Source of the DNA: Clostridia bacterium | Lineage (GTDB): Bacteria; Bacillota; Clostridia; TANB77; CAG-508 | Assembly (NCBI GenBank): GCA_017934475.1 | Contig: JAGBJN010000004.1 | Coordinates: 1,783 to 65,782, forward strand | Reading direction: 5' to 3' | Length of the DNA: 64,000 bases | In this document: one piece after another, positions 39,944-51,263 of the stretch | Layout of the letters: the number at the start of each line of letters is the position of its first letter | Position numbering within the stretch: the stretch's first letter is position 1 | The notes under the pieces: generated by a model | Databases searched by the model: none | What the model saw: the letters and a program-made list of their open reading frames with translations, nothing else | Told to the model about the DNA's origin: nothing | Translations under genes and position numbers: made by a program

Positions 39944-42900
39944 TTATTCTTCAGTTGTTTCTGCAATAAGTTCTGGTTGATCTTGTACTTCTTGCTCTGT
40001 ACTAATATGAGTATTTCTATATTTATTTAATCCAGTTCCGGCAGGAATTAATTTACCTATAATAACGTTTTCTTTTAGTCCTAATAATTCATCTACCTTA
40101 CCTTTAACAGCTGCTTCTGTAAGAACTCTTGTTGTCTCTTGGAATGAAGCTGCTGATAAGAAACTATCTGTTGCAAGAGATGCTTTTGTAATTCCAAGTA
40201 ATACTCTCTTACCTGTTGCTGGTCTCTTTCCTTCTTCAACTGCTTGTTTATTAATATCTTCAAATTCATACATATCAACTAATGAACCTGCAAATAAATG
40301 TGTATCTCCATTATCTTCAACTCTAACTTTCTTAAGCATTTGTCTACCGATAACTTCAATATGTTTATCATTGATATCAACACCTTGGTTTCTATAAACT
40401 TTTTGTACTTCTTGTACAAGATAATTATAAACACCTTCTGGTCCTTTGATTGCAAGTAATTCATTAGGGTTAATTGAACCTTCTGTAAGTGGTTGACCTG
40501 CTACTACTTCGTCTCCATCTTTTACTTTTAGTTTAGAACCAAATGGAATAACATAAGTTTTAGCATCATCTTTAGATTTAACAACAACGCTCTTTCTCTT
40601 CTTGTCTTCTGTAGTTTTTACTTTACCGTCAATTTCAGAGATTATTGCAACACCCTTAGGTTTTCTAGCTTCGAATAATTCCTCGACTCTAGGAAGACCT
40701 TGAGTAATATCGGCAACACCGGCAACACCACCAGAGTGAATAGTTCTCATTGTAAGCTGTGTACCAGGCTCACCTATTGATTGAGCTGCTATAATACCAA
40801 CTGTTTCACCTATACTTGCCTCTTGTCTACTTGCTAATCCCATACCATAACATTTAGCACAAACACCATGTTTTGTTCTACATCCGAAAACTGAACGAAC
40901 TCTAACTGATTCAATTCCTGCTTCAACAATCTTGTCTGCAGTTTTATCTGTTATTAATGTGTTTGTATCTACTATAACTTCCTTAGTATTTGGATCTATA
41001 ATATCTTCTAATGGATAACGTCCTATTAATCTTTCTTGTAATGTTTCAATTACTTGATTTCCATCTTTAATTGCTGATAATTCAATTCCATCATGAGTTC
41101 CACAATCTTTATCTCTAATGATAATATCTTGTGATACATCAACTAATCTTCTTGTTAAATATCCAGAGTCAGCTGTTCTTAACGCTGTATCTGATAAACC
41201 TTTACGAGCACCATGGGCTGAAATAAAGTATTCAAGAGCATCTAGTCCCTCTCTGAATGATGACTTGATTGGAATCTCAACTGTTTTACCAGTTGTTGAA
41301 GCCATAAGTCCACGCATTCCGGCAATTTGTTTTAATTGGTCTAAGTTACCACGGGCACCAGAATCAGACATTATATAGAATGGGTTAGATTCGTCAAAGT
41401 TTTCTTTCATAGCAACCTTAACATCATCTGTTGCTTTTTCCCAGATTTTGATTACTGATTGATATCTTTCATCTTCAGTAATTAAACCTCTTCTATATTG
41501 TTTTGATACATTTTCTACTTCTTTTGCTGCTTCTTCAAGTATTGTATTCTTAGCTTCTGGAACTTTAGCATCATCTATAGATACTGTAATACCAGATGTT
41601 GTTGAATTCTTAAATCCAGATGCTTTGATATAATCAAGTACTTCAGCAGTTTTTGCTAAACCATGTTTATCTATACATCTTTCAATTATTTTTCCTAATT
41701 TTTTCTTATTAGTTACAAAGTTGATTTCTGGTTCAAATTCGTTTTCAGGATCACTTCTGTCAACAAAACCTAAGTCTTGTGGAATACCTTTATTGAACAT
41801 TATTCTACCAACTGTTGTTTCAACTTTCTTATGTCTTTCATTTCCTTCTTCATCTACTTTGCTCATTCTAACAAATATTTTAGCATGTAATCCTACTTCT
41901 TTGTTAGCATAAGCCATTTCAGCTTCTTCAGGAGATGAGAAGTAATTTCCTTCACCTTTTTCACCTTTAACATCCATTGTAATGTAGTAGTTTCCAAGGA
42001 TCATATCTTGTGATGGTACTGTAACTGGTTTACCATCTTGTGGTTTTAATAAGTTATTTACAGAAAGCATTAAATATCTTGATTCTGCTTGTGCTTCTGG
42101 TGATAATGGAACGTGAATAGCCATTTGGTCACCATCGAAGTCAGCATTGAACGCTGTACAAACTAATGGGTGTAACTTAATTGCTCTACCTTCAACAAGT
42201 ACTGGTTCGAAACTTTGAATACCAAGTCTGTGAAGTGTTGGAGCACGGTTTAACATTACTGGATGATCTTTAATAACATCATCTAATATATCCCATACTT
42301 CTGGTCTTAATCTTTCTACCATTCTTTTTGCATTTTTGATATTATGTGCTATTCCTCTACCTACTAATTCTTTCATAACAAATGGTTTGAATAATTCAAC
42401 AGCCATTTCTTTTGGAAGACCGCATTGATAAATTTTAAGTTCAGGTCCTACAACGATAACTGAACGTCCAGAGTAGTCAACACGTTTTCCAAGTAAGTTT
42501 TGACGGAAACGTCCTTGTTTACCTTTAAGCATATCTGATAATGATTTTAATGGTCTATTACCAGCACCTGTAACAGGTCTTCCACGTCTTGAGTTATCTA
42601 TTAAGGCATCTACTGATTCTTGAAGCATTCTTTTTTCATTTCTCTTAATGATTTCTGGTGCTCCAAGTTCGATTAATCTTTTTAATCTGTTATTTCTGTT
42701 TATAACTCTTCTGTATAAATCATTTAAGTCTGATGTAGCAAATCTACCACCATCTAATTGGACCATAGGTCTTAATTCTGGTGGAATAACTGGAATTGCA
42801 TTCATTATCATCCATTCAGGTCTATTTCCTGATAATCTAAATGATTCTACAGTATCTAATCTTTTTACTAGTTTAGCTTTCTTTTGCTCACTAGCTCCTT

Positions 42901-43489
42901 CTAATTCTTTCTTTAATTGAGCTGATAATTTTTCAACATCAACTTCTTTTAATAATTTTTCAAGAGCTTCTGCTCCCATTTCTGCTTTGAAGCTTCCTGC
43001 TCCATATTTTTCTACTGCATCATGATATTCTTTTTCTGTTAAAACTTGGCATTTTAATAAATCAGATGTACCTTTATCAGTAACAATGTATGATGCAAAA
43101 TAAACTATTTTTTCTAGATTTCTTGGTGAAATATCAAGCATTAAAGCAATTCTTGATGGTATTCCTTTGAAATACCAAATGTGAGCAACTGGAGCAGCAA
43201 GTTCAATGTGTCCCATTCTCTCACGTCTTACTTTAGATTTTGTTACTTCAACACCGCATCTATCGCAAACAATACCTTTATAACGAACTCTTTTATATTT
43301 ACCACAATGGCATTCCCAGTCTTTTGTTGGTCCAAATATTCTTTCACAGAATAAACCATCTTTTTCTGGCTTTAAAGTTCTGTAGTTAATAGTTTCAGGT
43401 TTTTTAACTTCACCTTTTGACCATTCTCTTATTTGCTCATCAGATGCTAATCCTATTTTAATTTTATCAAATATTTCTAATTCATCCAC
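39944..43489 (-). CDS. rpoC: DNA-directed RNA polymerase subunit beta-prime
   Basis: It has the catalytic motif NADFDGDQM and zinc-finger cysteines (CHCGKY...CDRCGVEV), and is 1181 aa. The start is GTG with a GGGGG RBS. Confidence 0.97.
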   Translation of the reverse strand: MDELEIFDKIKIGLASDEQIREWSKGEVKKPETINYRTLKPEKDGLFCERIFGPTKDWECHCGKYKRVRYKGIVCDRCGVEVTKSKVRRERMGHIELAAPVAHIWYFKGIPSRIALMLDISPRNLEKIVYFASYIVTDKGTSDLLKCQVLTEKEYHDAVEKYGAGSFKAEMGAEALEKLLKEVDVEKLSAQLKKELEGASEQKKAKLVKRLDTVESFRLSGNRPEWMIMNAIPVIPPELRPMVQLDGGRFATSDLNDLYRRVINRNNRLKRLIELGAPEIIKRNEKRMLQESVDALIDNSRRGRPVTGAGNRPLKSLSDMLKGKQGRFRQNLLGKRVDYSGRSVIVVGPELKIYQCGLPKEMAVELFKPFVMKELVGRGIAHNIKNAKRMVERLRPEVWDILDDVIKDHPVMLNRAPTLHRLGIQSFEPVLVEGRAIKLHPLVCTAFNADFDGDQMAIHVPLSPEAQAESRYLMLSVNNLLKPQDGKPVTVPSQDMILGNYYITMDVKGEKGEGNYFSSPEEAEMAYANKEVGLHAKIFVRMSKVDEEGNERHKKVETTVGRIMFNKGIPQDLGFVDRSDPENEFEPEINFVTNKKKLGKIIERCIDKHGLAKTAEVLDYIKASGFKNSTTSGITVSIDDAKVPEAKNTILEEAAKEVENVSKQYRRGLITEDERYQSVIKIWEKATDDVKVAMKENFDESNPFYIMSDSGARGNLDQLKQIAGMRGLMASTTGKTVEIPIKSSFREGLDALEYFISAHGARKGLSDTALRTADSGYLTRRLVDVSQDIIIRDKDCGTHDGIELSAIKDGNQVIETLQERLIGRYPLEDIIDPNTKEVIVDTNTLITDKTADKIVEAGIESVRVRSVFGCRTKHGVCAKCYGMGLASRQEASIGETVGIIAAQSIGEPGTQLTMRTIHSGGVAGVADITQGLPRVEELFEARKPKGVAIISEIDGKVKTTEDKKRKSVVVKSKDDAKTYVIPFGSKLKVKDGDEVVAGQPLTEGSINPNELLAIKGPEGVYNYLVQEVQKVYRNQGVDINDKHIEVIGRQMLKKVRVEDNGDTHLFAGSLVDMYEFEDINKQAVEEGKRPATGKRVLLGITKASLATDSFLSAASFQETTRVLTEAAVKGKVDELLGLKENVIIGKLIPAGTGLNKYRNTHISTEQEVQDQPELIAETTEE

Positions 43490-43533
43490 GTTTGGATAGC
43501 CCCCTATTTAATTATTTTTTTTATATATTCTTA

Positions 43534-43581
43534 CTAAGTAGTAATCCACTGCTGGACAACTCCTTTTTGTCTACTACTTAG
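43534..43581 (-). other. Structured rpoB-rpoC intergenic hairpin
   Basis: A 10-bp outer stem, CUAAGUAGUA / UACUACUUAG, encloses an inner GACAA...UUGUC stem on the mRNA strand. Confidence 0.4.
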
Positions 43582-43620
43582 CAAAAATATAAAATATTAA
43601 ATTAAATTCATTTTTTATTA

Positions 43621-46600
43621 TTATTCCATATCATCTATTGAATCTTCTATGTCAGTTTGAAATAAATCTTCTTCATCATCTAAACTTGAGAATAATTCAT
43701 CTTCATCTTCAGTATCCATAAGCATATCATCTGAATCCTCATCTGCTGAAATATAACTATCTTCAAGTTCTGATTCATTGACTATTTCTTCACCAACTTT
43801 TGCTTCTTCGTAATCAATTCCTTCATCAATATATTCTTTTAGTTCAACTTCATCATTTTGTTCTGAATATAGACGTATGTCTAATCCTAGAGATTGAAGC
43901 TCTTTTACAAGTACTTTGAATGATTCTGGAACACCTGGTTCTGGAACATTTTCACCTTTAACAATAGCTTCATATGTTTTAACACGTCCAACAACATCGT
44001 CAGATTTGATTGTGATCATTTCTTGCAATGTGTAAGCAGCACCATATGCCTCTAATGCCCAAACTTCCATTTCACCAAATCTTTGTCCACCAAATTGTGC
44101 TTTACCACCAAGAGGTTGTTGTGTAACTAATGAGTATGGACCAGTTGAACGAGCATGTATCTTATCATCAACTAAGTGGTGTAATTTAAGCATATACATA
44201 ACTCCGACTGTAACTGGGTGATCAAATTTTTCACCTGTACGTCCATCATATATTGTTCTCTTACCATCTTCTGGTAAACCTGCTTCTTTAAGTAATTCTC
44301 TAATTTCTGCATCTGTTGCACCATCGAATACTGGTGTTGCAACTTTCCATCCTAATGCTTTTGCTGCCATTCCTAAGTGAACTTCTAGAACTTGACCTAA
44401 GTTCATACGAGAAGGAATACCTTGTGGGTTAAGTACAACATCTACTGGTGTACCATCCTCTAAGAAAGGCATATCTTCAACTGGAAGTATTCTTGAAATA
44501 ACACCTTTGTTACCATGACGTCCAGCCATTTTATCACCAACAGAGATTTTTCTCTTTGTTGCAATATAACATCTGATTACTTGGTTAACTCCAGGTCCTA
44601 ATTCATCTGAATTATCTCTAGTGAAGATTTTTACATCAACTATTGTTCCAGCTTCACCATGTGGAACTCTTAATGATGTATCTCTAACTTCTCTTGCTTT
44701 TTCACCAAATATAGCACGAAGTAATCTTTCTTCTGCTGTTAGTTCTGTTTCTCCTTTTGGAGTAACTTTACCAACTAATATATCTCCAGGTCTTACTTCA
44801 GCACCAATTCTTATAATTCCGTTTTCATCTAAGTCTTTTAATGAATCATCACCAACATTTGGAATATCACGAGTGATTTCTTCTGGGCCTAATTTTGTAT
44901 CACGGCATTCACAATCATATTCTTCAATATGAATTGATGTATAAACATCTTCTTTAACTAATCTTTCACTAAGTAATATAGCATCCTCATAGTTATAACC
45001 TTCCCAAGTTGTAAAGGCGATAAGTACATTTCTTCCAAGTGACATTTCACCATCTTTTGTAGATGGACCATCTGCTAAGATATCACCTGCTTTAACTTTT
45101 TCTCCTCTTGTAACAACTGGTCTTTGGTTTATACATGTACCACCATTTGTTCTTTTAAATTTACGTAATTTATATGTTTCTATTTCATCATTTTTATTGC
45201 GAACTTTAACTTCATCAGCAGTTACTTTTTCTACAACACCATCATTTGCTGCTGTAACTGTTATTCCTGAATCTTTTGCAGCTCTGTATTCAATACCTGT
45301 ACCAACTATTGGACTTTCTGGCATTAATAATGGAACTGCTTGTCTTTGCATGTTTGATCCCATAAGTGATCTTTTAACGTCATCGTTCTCTAAGAAAGGA
45401 ATCATTGCTGCTGCAACTGATACTAATTGTTTTGGAGAAACGTCTACATAGTCAACTTCACTTGGTCCAACCTCTGTAATTTCTGCTTTATGACGTACAC
45501 GAATTCTCTTGTTTGTGAATTTACCATCTTTATCAAGTGGTTCAGATGCTTGAGCGATAATATAGTTATCCTCTTCATCTGCTGGCATATATTCAACTAT
45601 ATCTGTTACTTTTCCAGTTTCCTTATCAATTTTTCTATATGGAGTTTCAATAAATCCATATTCATTTATAATAGCAAAGCTTGATAATGCTGATATAAGT
45701 CCTATGTTTGGACCTTCTGGAGATTCAACAGGGCAAAGTCTTCCATAGTGAGTATAGTGAATATCACGAACTTCGAATCCTGCTCTTTCTCTTGATAAAC
45801 CACCAGGTCCTAATGCTGAAATTCTTCTTTTATGTGTAAGTTCTGATAATGGGTTTGTTTGATCCATAAATTGTGATAATTGAGAACTTCCAAAGAATTC
45901 TCTAATTGATGACGTAATAGGTTTTGTATTAATTAATGTTTGTGGTGTTACAACATCTAAATCTTGTATTGTCATTCTTTCACGAACAACTCTTTCAAGT
46001 CTTGTTAAACCAATTCTGAATTGATTTTGTAGTAATTCACCAACACATCTAATACGTCTATTTCCTAAATGGTCTATATCATCTACATTTCCAATACCAT
46101 GATCTAAGTTTAATAGATAACTAATTGATGCTATAATATCTTCGTTAGTAACATGTTTTGGAACTAATTCTTCTTTTCTTTCCTCTAAAACTTTGTGTAA
46201 ATCTTTTTTATCAGTAGTATCTAAAATTGATTTTAGTACTTCATAATTTACATATTCTTTGAAATGTAAGTCAGAGATATTCACATCTGTTACAAAATTG
46301 TGGATATTTACTGTTCCATTTCCTATAATTCTAACTTTTTCGTCATTTACTTTGATGTCTACTATGTTTAATCCTGTATTTTGAATTTCTTCAGCTACAT
46401 CTTTTGAAATAACTTCATCTTTTTCAACTAACACTTCACCAGATGTAGGATCAATTATATCTTCAAATGCAACTTTTCCAGCAATTCTTGATGCAAGGCT
46501 TAATTTTTTGTTGAATTTATAACGTCCTACTTTTGCTAAATCATATCTTCTTTCATCAAAGAACAATCCATTAAATAAGTTTCTAGCAGCATCAACTGTT

Positions 46601-47334
46601 GGAAGTTCTCCTGGTCTTAACTTTTTATAAATTTCAATTAATGACTCATCTTGAGTTTTGATTGTGTCTTTAGCAATTGTTGCAGTAAGTTTAGCTTCTT
46701 CACCAAATAATGAAAGAATTTGTTCATCTGACTCAATACCAATTGCTCTTAATAAACATGTAACAGGTATTTTTCTTGTTCTATCAACTCTTGCCCAGAA
46801 AACATCATTACTATCTGTTTCATATTCTATCCATGCTCCACGGATTGGCATAACTGTTGATGTAAATATTTTCTTTCCTGTTTTATCAAATTCTGATGCA
46901 TAGTAGCAACCTGGTGAACGAACTAACTGGCTAACTACAACTCTCTCTGCACCATTGATTATAAATGTACCACTATCTGTCATAAGTGGAAAATCACCAA
47001 GGTAAATTTCTTGTTCTTTTATTTCTCCTGTTTCACGATTAATAAGACGAACTTTAACATGCAATCTTGTTGAATATGTTGCATCTCTTTCTTTCGCCTC
47101 TTCTACTGAGTATTTTGTTTTGTCTTCCATGTAATAATCGAAAAATTCAAGAACTAAATTTCCTGAGTAATCAATAATAGGTGAAATATCATGTAATACT
47201 TCTCCTAGTCCTTCCTCTACGAACCAATCGTAAGAATCTTTTTGAACTTTGATTAAATTTGGCATTTCTATGAAATCGCCAATTTTTGCAAACGTTTTAC
47301 GTGTGCACTTTTCGTGTTTGATATCTTTTACCAA
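43621..47334 (-). CDS. rpoB: DNA-directed RNA polymerase subunit beta
   Basis: Conserved beta-subunit blocks are present (e.g. [28 protein letters not shown]). I prefer the TTG start at 47334 (LVKDIKHEK..., RBS GGAGTGA 6 nt upstream). The track start at 47391 adds an implausible hydrophobic 19-aa extension. Confidence 0.95.
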   Translation of the reverse strand: MVKDIKHEKCTRKTFAKIGDFIEMPNLIKVQKDSYDWFVEEGLGEVLHDISPIIDYSGNLVLEFFDYYMEDKTKYSVEEAKERDATYSTRLHVKVRLINRETGEIKEQEIYLGDFPLMTDSGTFIINGAERVVVSQLVRSPGCYYASEFDKTGKKIFTSTVMPIRGAWIEYETDSNDVFWARVDRTRKIPVTCLLRAIGIESDEQILSLFGEEAKLTATIAKDTIKTQDESLIEIYKKLRPGELPTVDAARNLFNGLFFDERRYDLAKVGRYKFNKKLSLASRIAGKVAFEDIIDPTSGEVLVEKDEVISKDVAEEIQNTGLNIVDIKVNDEKVRIIGNGTVNIHNFVTDVNISDLHFKEYVNYEVLKSILDTTDKKDLHKVLEERKEELVPKHVTNEDIIASISYLLNLDHGIGNVDDIDHLGNRRIRCVGELLQNQFRIGLTRLERVVRERMTIQDLDVVTPQTLINTKPITSSIREFFGSSQLSQFMDQTNPLSELTHKRRISALGPGGLSRERAGFEVRDIHYTHYGRLCPVESPEGPNIGLISALSSFAIINEYGFIETPYRKIDKETGKVTDIVEYMPADEEDNYIIAQASEPLDKDGKFTNKRIRVRHKAEITEVGPSEVDYVDVSPKQLVSVAAAMIPFLENDDVKRSLMGSNMQRQAVPLLMPESPIVGTGIEYRAAKDSGITVTAANDGVVEKVTADEVKVRNKNDEIETYKLRKFKRTNGGTCINQRPVVTRGEKVKAGDILADGPSTKDGEMSLGRNVLIAFTTWEGYNYEDAILLSERLVKEDVYTSIHIEEYDCECRDTKLGPEEITRDIPNVGDDSLKDLDENGIIRIGAEVRPGDILVGKVTPKGETELTAEERLLRAIFGEKAREVRDTSLRVPHGEAGTIVDVKIFTRDNSDELGPGVNQVIRCYIATKRKISVGDKMAGRHGNKGVISRILPVEDMPFLEDGTPVDVVLNPQGIPSRMNLGQVLEVHLGMAAKALGWKVATPVFDGATDAEIRELLKEAGLPEDGKRTIYDGRTGEKFDHPVTVGVMYMLKLHHLVDDKIHARSTGPYSLVTQQPLGGKAQFGGQRFGEMEVWALEAYGAAYTLQEMITIKSDDVVGRVKTYEAIVKGENVPEPGVPESFKVLVKELQSLGLDIRLYSEQNDEVELKEYIDEGIDYEEAKVGEEIVNESELEDSYISADEDSDDMLMDTEDEDELFSSLDDEEDLFQTDIEDSIDDME

Positions 47335-47605
47335 AACTGAATCACTCCTATAAAAAAATTTGAGCAAAAAAATAAGCAACCAAAAAAACAATTTCAGAAA
47401 ATTATGAGCATTAATTTTCTAAAAAGCTTATTTGCGTAGCTTTTATGAATAAATATTTTTAAAAAGAAGTCCTACTTGAATTAATTTTCGTATATAAAAT
47501 CAAACTTTTCTGCTCATAAAAAACTTAATTTTATGCGTAAAACTAAACAATTCCTCTTCTTTTAAAATTGTCTAATTTAAATATATAAATATTTAATACC
47601 CCTCT

Positions 47606-47635
47606 ATTATACCTTAAAATCCTACGGCTTGTCAA
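47606..47635 (-). promoter_or_regulatory. Sigma-A-type promoter about 265 nt upstream of rpoB
   Basis: It reads TTGACA-18 nt-TATAAT on the minus strand. Confidence 0.55.
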
Positions 47636-47666
47636 GGTTTAAAAAAATCTTTTATAAAAAATATGT

Positions 47667-47697
47667 ACAAAAAAAGATGGAAAATGAATTCCATCTT
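47667..47697 (-). terminator. Terminator of cassette copy 1
   Basis: The stem AAGATGGAA / TTCCATCTT has a 6-nt loop and is followed by a T-run on the minus strand. It is nearly identical to the element at 50512..50543. Confidence 0.8.
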
Positions 47698-47717
47698 AAA
47701 ATTATTTTTTTATTATT

Positions 47718-48389
47718 CTAATTCCATATTGCTGGGCGATAAGTTACTCCTGCAGCGCCAGACCCATTTCCAGCTGATCCCCATCCTTCAAATCCTAAGA
47801 TGCTTGCTTTTCTTAAACCTATTTGTGGACCATACTCTACTTTAGCATTATACCATCCTGCAGTTTCTCCATAGGCTTTTCCAACATTTTCAGAAGAGTT
47901 ATATGTGCTTCCAAGTACATCTACATATCTACTATTTGTTTCTTCATATAACTTTGAACAATAATCGTTAGAAGATGTCCCTGTTTTATATGCTGCGACA
48001 AAAGTAGCCCAATCCCCATTGTATGATCCTAAATTAATAACACCACTTGCATTCCCTGTTGTTGTATAATAATTTTTTTCATTAATTGAAGTTGTATCTC
48101 CGGTTGCATTTCTTACTGTTCCATAAGAGCTTAGTCCTAAATAAGCTGTTGCTCCCCAATCACGAGCTGTAGACATATGTGGATCCAAACTATTATCACC
48201 TAAAGTAGAAGTTTGATGTCTCATATCAAGGCAATATTGAAAAGCATTATTTGCAGTTACATTTCCTTGTCTTGTTGTACCTGCTTTTATTTCAATTGCT
48301 GCATATGACTGCCCTGATAAAGTTATACTAAATGCAGTACATAAAACTATCAATAATAAATTAACTTTTATAACTTTTTTTATATTCAT
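47718..48389 (-). CDS. Small secreted protein S1 (223 aa), partner of the pilin-like repeat protein; unknown function
   Basis: I prefer the start MNIKK at 48389 (RBS AAAGGAGAG). The signal peptide ends SYA/AIE. It shares with S2 the motifs NDAFQYC.DMR, LDPH.STARDW.A.AYLGLSSYGTVR, TTGN.SGV.N.G, GETAGWY and the terminal TYRPAIWN. Confidence 0.8.
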   Translation of the reverse strand: MNIKKVIKVNLLLIVLCTAFSITLSGQSYAAIEIKAGTTRQGNVTANNAFQYCLDMRHQTSTLGDNSLDPHMSTARDWGATAYLGLSSYGTVRNATGDTTSINEKNYYTTTGNASGVINLGSYNGDWATFVAAYKTGTSSNDYCSKLYEETNSRYVDVLGSTYNSSENVGKAYGETAGWYNAKVEYGPQIGLRKASILGFEGWGSAGNGSGAAGVTYRPAIWN

Positions 48390-48432
48390 ATTTTTCTCTC
48401 CTTTGTATATCATAAGATTTCAATAATTGGTA

Positions 48433-50421
48433 TTAAGTATTCACCCAGCTAGGATCAAACTTGCTCATCCATATTCCTTTTAATTCTGTTGTCGTTCCAT
48501 CTTCATTTGTTTTTGTAAATGCTGGATGTACTATCATTCCTTCTTTTAATGAATCTCCATATGTTTCTTTATCATATGGTTTATTTTCTAAATCTATAAA
48601 TAAAACATCTATTTCCTGGCTTGCTTGACTCACACTATATGCAAATCTTGGTATCCATACCCACCATGCTTCCAAATTATTTGCATTTGTTTTTACATTC
48701 GCCCAAACTTTATTCGAATAATCATACCATTCATTATTTTCATTTGCTGTATTAAGGTCAGCATCTTTTAATGCAGGTCCTTCTGTAAATGTATTTGTTT
48801 CTACATCAAAGTATTCTATATAAGTATTATTTTCATCAAATCCAGACATATCAGGTGCATAGCAATTTCCAGAATTAGCTTTACGATCTGCATTCGTTCC
48901 TATGCTTGGATCAAATTTACTCATCCATATTCCTTTTAGTTCTGTTTTTGTTCCATCAGCATTTGTTTTAGTAAATGCTGGATGAACTATCATTCCTTCT
49001 CTTAACTCATTTCCATACGTTTCTTTATCATATGGTTTATTTTTTAAATCTATAAATATAACATTCATTTCTTGGCTTGCAGGAGTAGCAGTATAAGCAT
49101 ACCTTGGAATCCATACCCACCATGCTTCTATTCCGTTTGCACTTGTTTTTACATTTGCCCAAACCTTATTTGAATAATCATACCATCTCTTGTCGTTATT
49201 CACTGTACTTAAGTTAGCATCCTTTATTAATGGGCCTTCTGTAAACAAATTTGTTTCTATATCAAAATATTCTATATATGTATTATTTTCATCAAACCCA
49301 GACATATCAGGTGCATAGCATTCTCCTGAACTTAATGTATGATTAAAGTTTGTTGTATTGGATGGATCAAATTTACTCATCCATATTCCTTGAAGTTCTT
49401 TAACTTTTTTTACAGTAACTGTATCCTCCACAGTAATACGTTCTGTTTCTGTAAATGCTGGATGAATTATGTATGTTTCATCATTTATTGTTATTGTACC
49501 ATCATTATTTACCGTATATTTATCTTCATACCTTGTTCCAATTGGCTTATTATCCATATCTATAAATACAACATCAACTGGAGGTTGTGAGCTTGTTGTT
49601 CCAACTTTGTACGCATATCTTGGTATCCATACCCACCAACTTTCTAACCCATTTGCATTTGTTTGAACATTTCCCCATATATCACTGTTATATCCATCCA
49701 AAACATATATTTTATCTTCTTCTGTAAAATTGCTTTTTCTACCATTAGTTATATACTCTTCTATCGGTATATATTTAATATCTGCAAAATCCATTGTGTT
49801 ATAATATACAACTTTGCTATGATTTTTATCAAATCCTGTTAAATCTGGTTTTATCCAACCAATATCACCATCATATGCAATTTCAACCTCTGTACTTGCT
49901 TTATTGTTTATTGTTATAACTTCTCCAGAGCCTTCAACACCCAAACCTAATAGTGTATGGTGCCATTTTCCTCTAAAATTTTCTCCTTCTACATCATAAA
50001 TTTGTAAATCACTCAAATCTATAATATATTTATGTGATACATTTGACTTAATCTTTGTTTTGTCAATCTCATATAATTCCAAACTATCAATATCCAAATT
50101 TGAATCTTCTTTTATTGTTCTTATTTCTGCTATCAAAGTATCTTTAAATTCGCTTTTGTTTGCCTCTCCTACTATTGGTAATTTTTCAATTACTGTCCTA
50201 TTTTGCATATTTATAATGTCGTCTTGTTCACAATTTGTCCAATAAAGCATTGTCTTTTCTTGGATTTCAGAAAAATTTGATTTATATCCTGCCTCAACAG
50301 CTCTACTTATCAATCCATCTTCGCCAAGAACCAATGTTAATGTTACACCTGCTAAAATCAATAAAATAATAATTGTAATTACAAGCGCAACAAGTGTAAT
50401 ACCTTTTTTATTATTTTTCAT
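48433..50421 (-). CDS. Protein P1 (662 aa): atypical prepilin-like N-terminus plus three ~140-165-aa repeats; unknown function
   Basis: The N-terminus is MKNNKKG/ITLVALVITIIILLILAGVT...GEDGLISRA. The repeats are at ~49360..49860, 48907..49320 and 48454..48864. Each repeat has PD[LM][ST]GFD, WANVKT.ANG.EAWWVWIPR[YF]AY, HPAFT and GIWMSKFDPS. Confidence 0.85.
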   Translation of the reverse strand: MKNNKKGITLVALVITIIILLILAGVTLTLVLGEDGLISRAVEAGYKSNFSEIQEKTMLYWTNCEQDDIINMQNRTVIEKLPIVGEANKSEFKDTLIAEIRTIKEDSNLDIDSLELYEIDKTKIKSNVSHKYIIDLSDLQIYDVEGENFRGKWHHTLLGLGVEGSGEVITINNKASTEVEIAYDGDIGWIKPDLTGFDKNHSKVVYYNTMDFADIKYIPIEEYITNGRKSNFTEEDKIYVLDGYNSDIWGNVQTNANGLESWWVWIPRYAYKVGTTSSQPPVDVVFIDMDNKPIGTRYEDKYTVNNDGTITINDETYIIHPAFTETERITVEDTVTVKKVKELQGIWMSKFDPSNTTNFNHTLSSGECYAPDMSGFDENNTYIEYFDIETNLFTEGPLIKDANLSTVNNDKRWYDYSNKVWANVKTSANGIEAWWVWIPRYAYTATPASQEMNVIFIDLKNKPYDKETYGNELREGMIVHPAFTKTNADGTKTELKGIWMSKFDPSIGTNADRKANSGNCYAPDMSGFDENNTYIEYFDVETNTFTEGPALKDADLNTANENNEWYDYSNKVWANVKTNANNLEAWWVWIPRFAYSVSQASQEIDVLFIDLENKPYDKETYGDSLKEGMIVHPAFTKTNEDGTTTELKGIWMSKFDPSWVNT

Positions 50422-50477
50422 TTGTTCCCCTTTCTCTATTTTCTCTTACGCATACACGCATTTCGTAAACTATAAAA

Positions 50478-50506
50478 ATTATATACATATTCATTTTTTA
50501 TTTCAA
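50478..50506 (-). promoter_or_regulatory. Consensus-like sigma-A promoter of cassette copy 1
   Basis: It reads TTGAAA-17 nt-TATAAT on the minus strand. Confidence 0.65.
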
Positions 50507-50511
50507 GTATT

Positions 50512-50543
50512 TTAAAAAAAAGATGGAAAATAAATTCCATCTT
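50512..50543 (-). terminator. Terminator of cassette copy 2
   Basis: It has the stem AAGATGGAA / TTCCATCTT plus a T-run on the minus strand. Confidence 0.8.
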
Positions 50544-50562
50544 AAAAGCATATTTTATTCTA

Positions 50563-51243
50563 TTAATTCCATATTGCTGGGCGATAGGTAGTAGCATTAT
50601 TAGCCTCACCATATGTTACTGGAGTTGGATCGTTCGTATATCCAAATGTTCCCATTCTAACCAATACAACATGATCATCCCAAGTAGATGATGAAGCTGC
50701 ACTTGAATACCATCCAGCAGTCTCTCCATCTGCCATACCTATATTTTTACCAGGCAAATTTAGTACATCAACATATTTATTATATGTATTTAAATAAAGT
50801 TTTGATACTGATCCATTTTGTGGACGCTCAACTATCCTATTAGCAACATACGTATATTGATTTCCTCCTAATGCTGCATTATGACCAAAATTCATTACTC
50901 CACTTATATTTCCCGTTGTTGTATGATTTCTTGATTCTATTTGAATGTTATCTCCATTTTGAGCTCTAACTGTTCCATAAGAACTTAATCCTAAATACGC
51001 AACCGCAGCCCAATCTCTTGCTGTAGAAAGATGTGGATCTAAAGAATTGTTTCCTAATGTTGAACTTTGATATCTCATATCATAGCAATATTGAAATGCA
51101 TCATTCATTGAAATACTTCTGTGTGGAGATGTTGTAGGTACAACTTGTATAGCAGCATTTGAATTATTCACTAAAAGCACGTTTAATGTAGCATATGCAA
51201 AAATTGATATTATTAATATTTTTATAAAACTCTTCACTTTCAT
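50563..51243 (-). CDS. Small secreted protein S2 (226 aa), paralog of S1
   Basis: It has RBS AAAGGAGAG and a signal peptide ending SNA/AIQ, with the same conserved motifs and TYRPAIWN terminus as S1. Confidence 0.8.
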   Translation of the reverse strand: MKVKSFIKILIISIFAYATLNVLLVNNSNAAIQVVPTTSPHRSISMNDAFQYCYDMRYQSSTLGNNSLDPHLSTARDWAAVAYLGLSSYGTVRAQNGDNIQIESRNHTTTGNISGVMNFGHNAALGGNQYTYVANRIVERPQNGSVSKLYLNTYNKYVDVLNLPGKNIGMADGETAGWYSSAASSSTWDDHVVLVRMGTFGYTNDPTPVTYGEANNATTYRPAIWN

Positions 51244-51263
51244 ATTTTCTCTCCTTTGTTTTT

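Noticed and set aside
40093-40464. Two 61-aa minus-strand ORFs lie inside rpoC.
   Set aside because: They are out-of-frame overlaps within a highly conserved gene, with no start signals.
43621-43810. RpoB has a highly acidic C-terminal tail (...[39 protein letters not shown]).
   Set aside because: Acidic C-terminal extensions of the beta subunit occur in several Firmicutes. Nothing in the sequence indicates a fusion or insertion.
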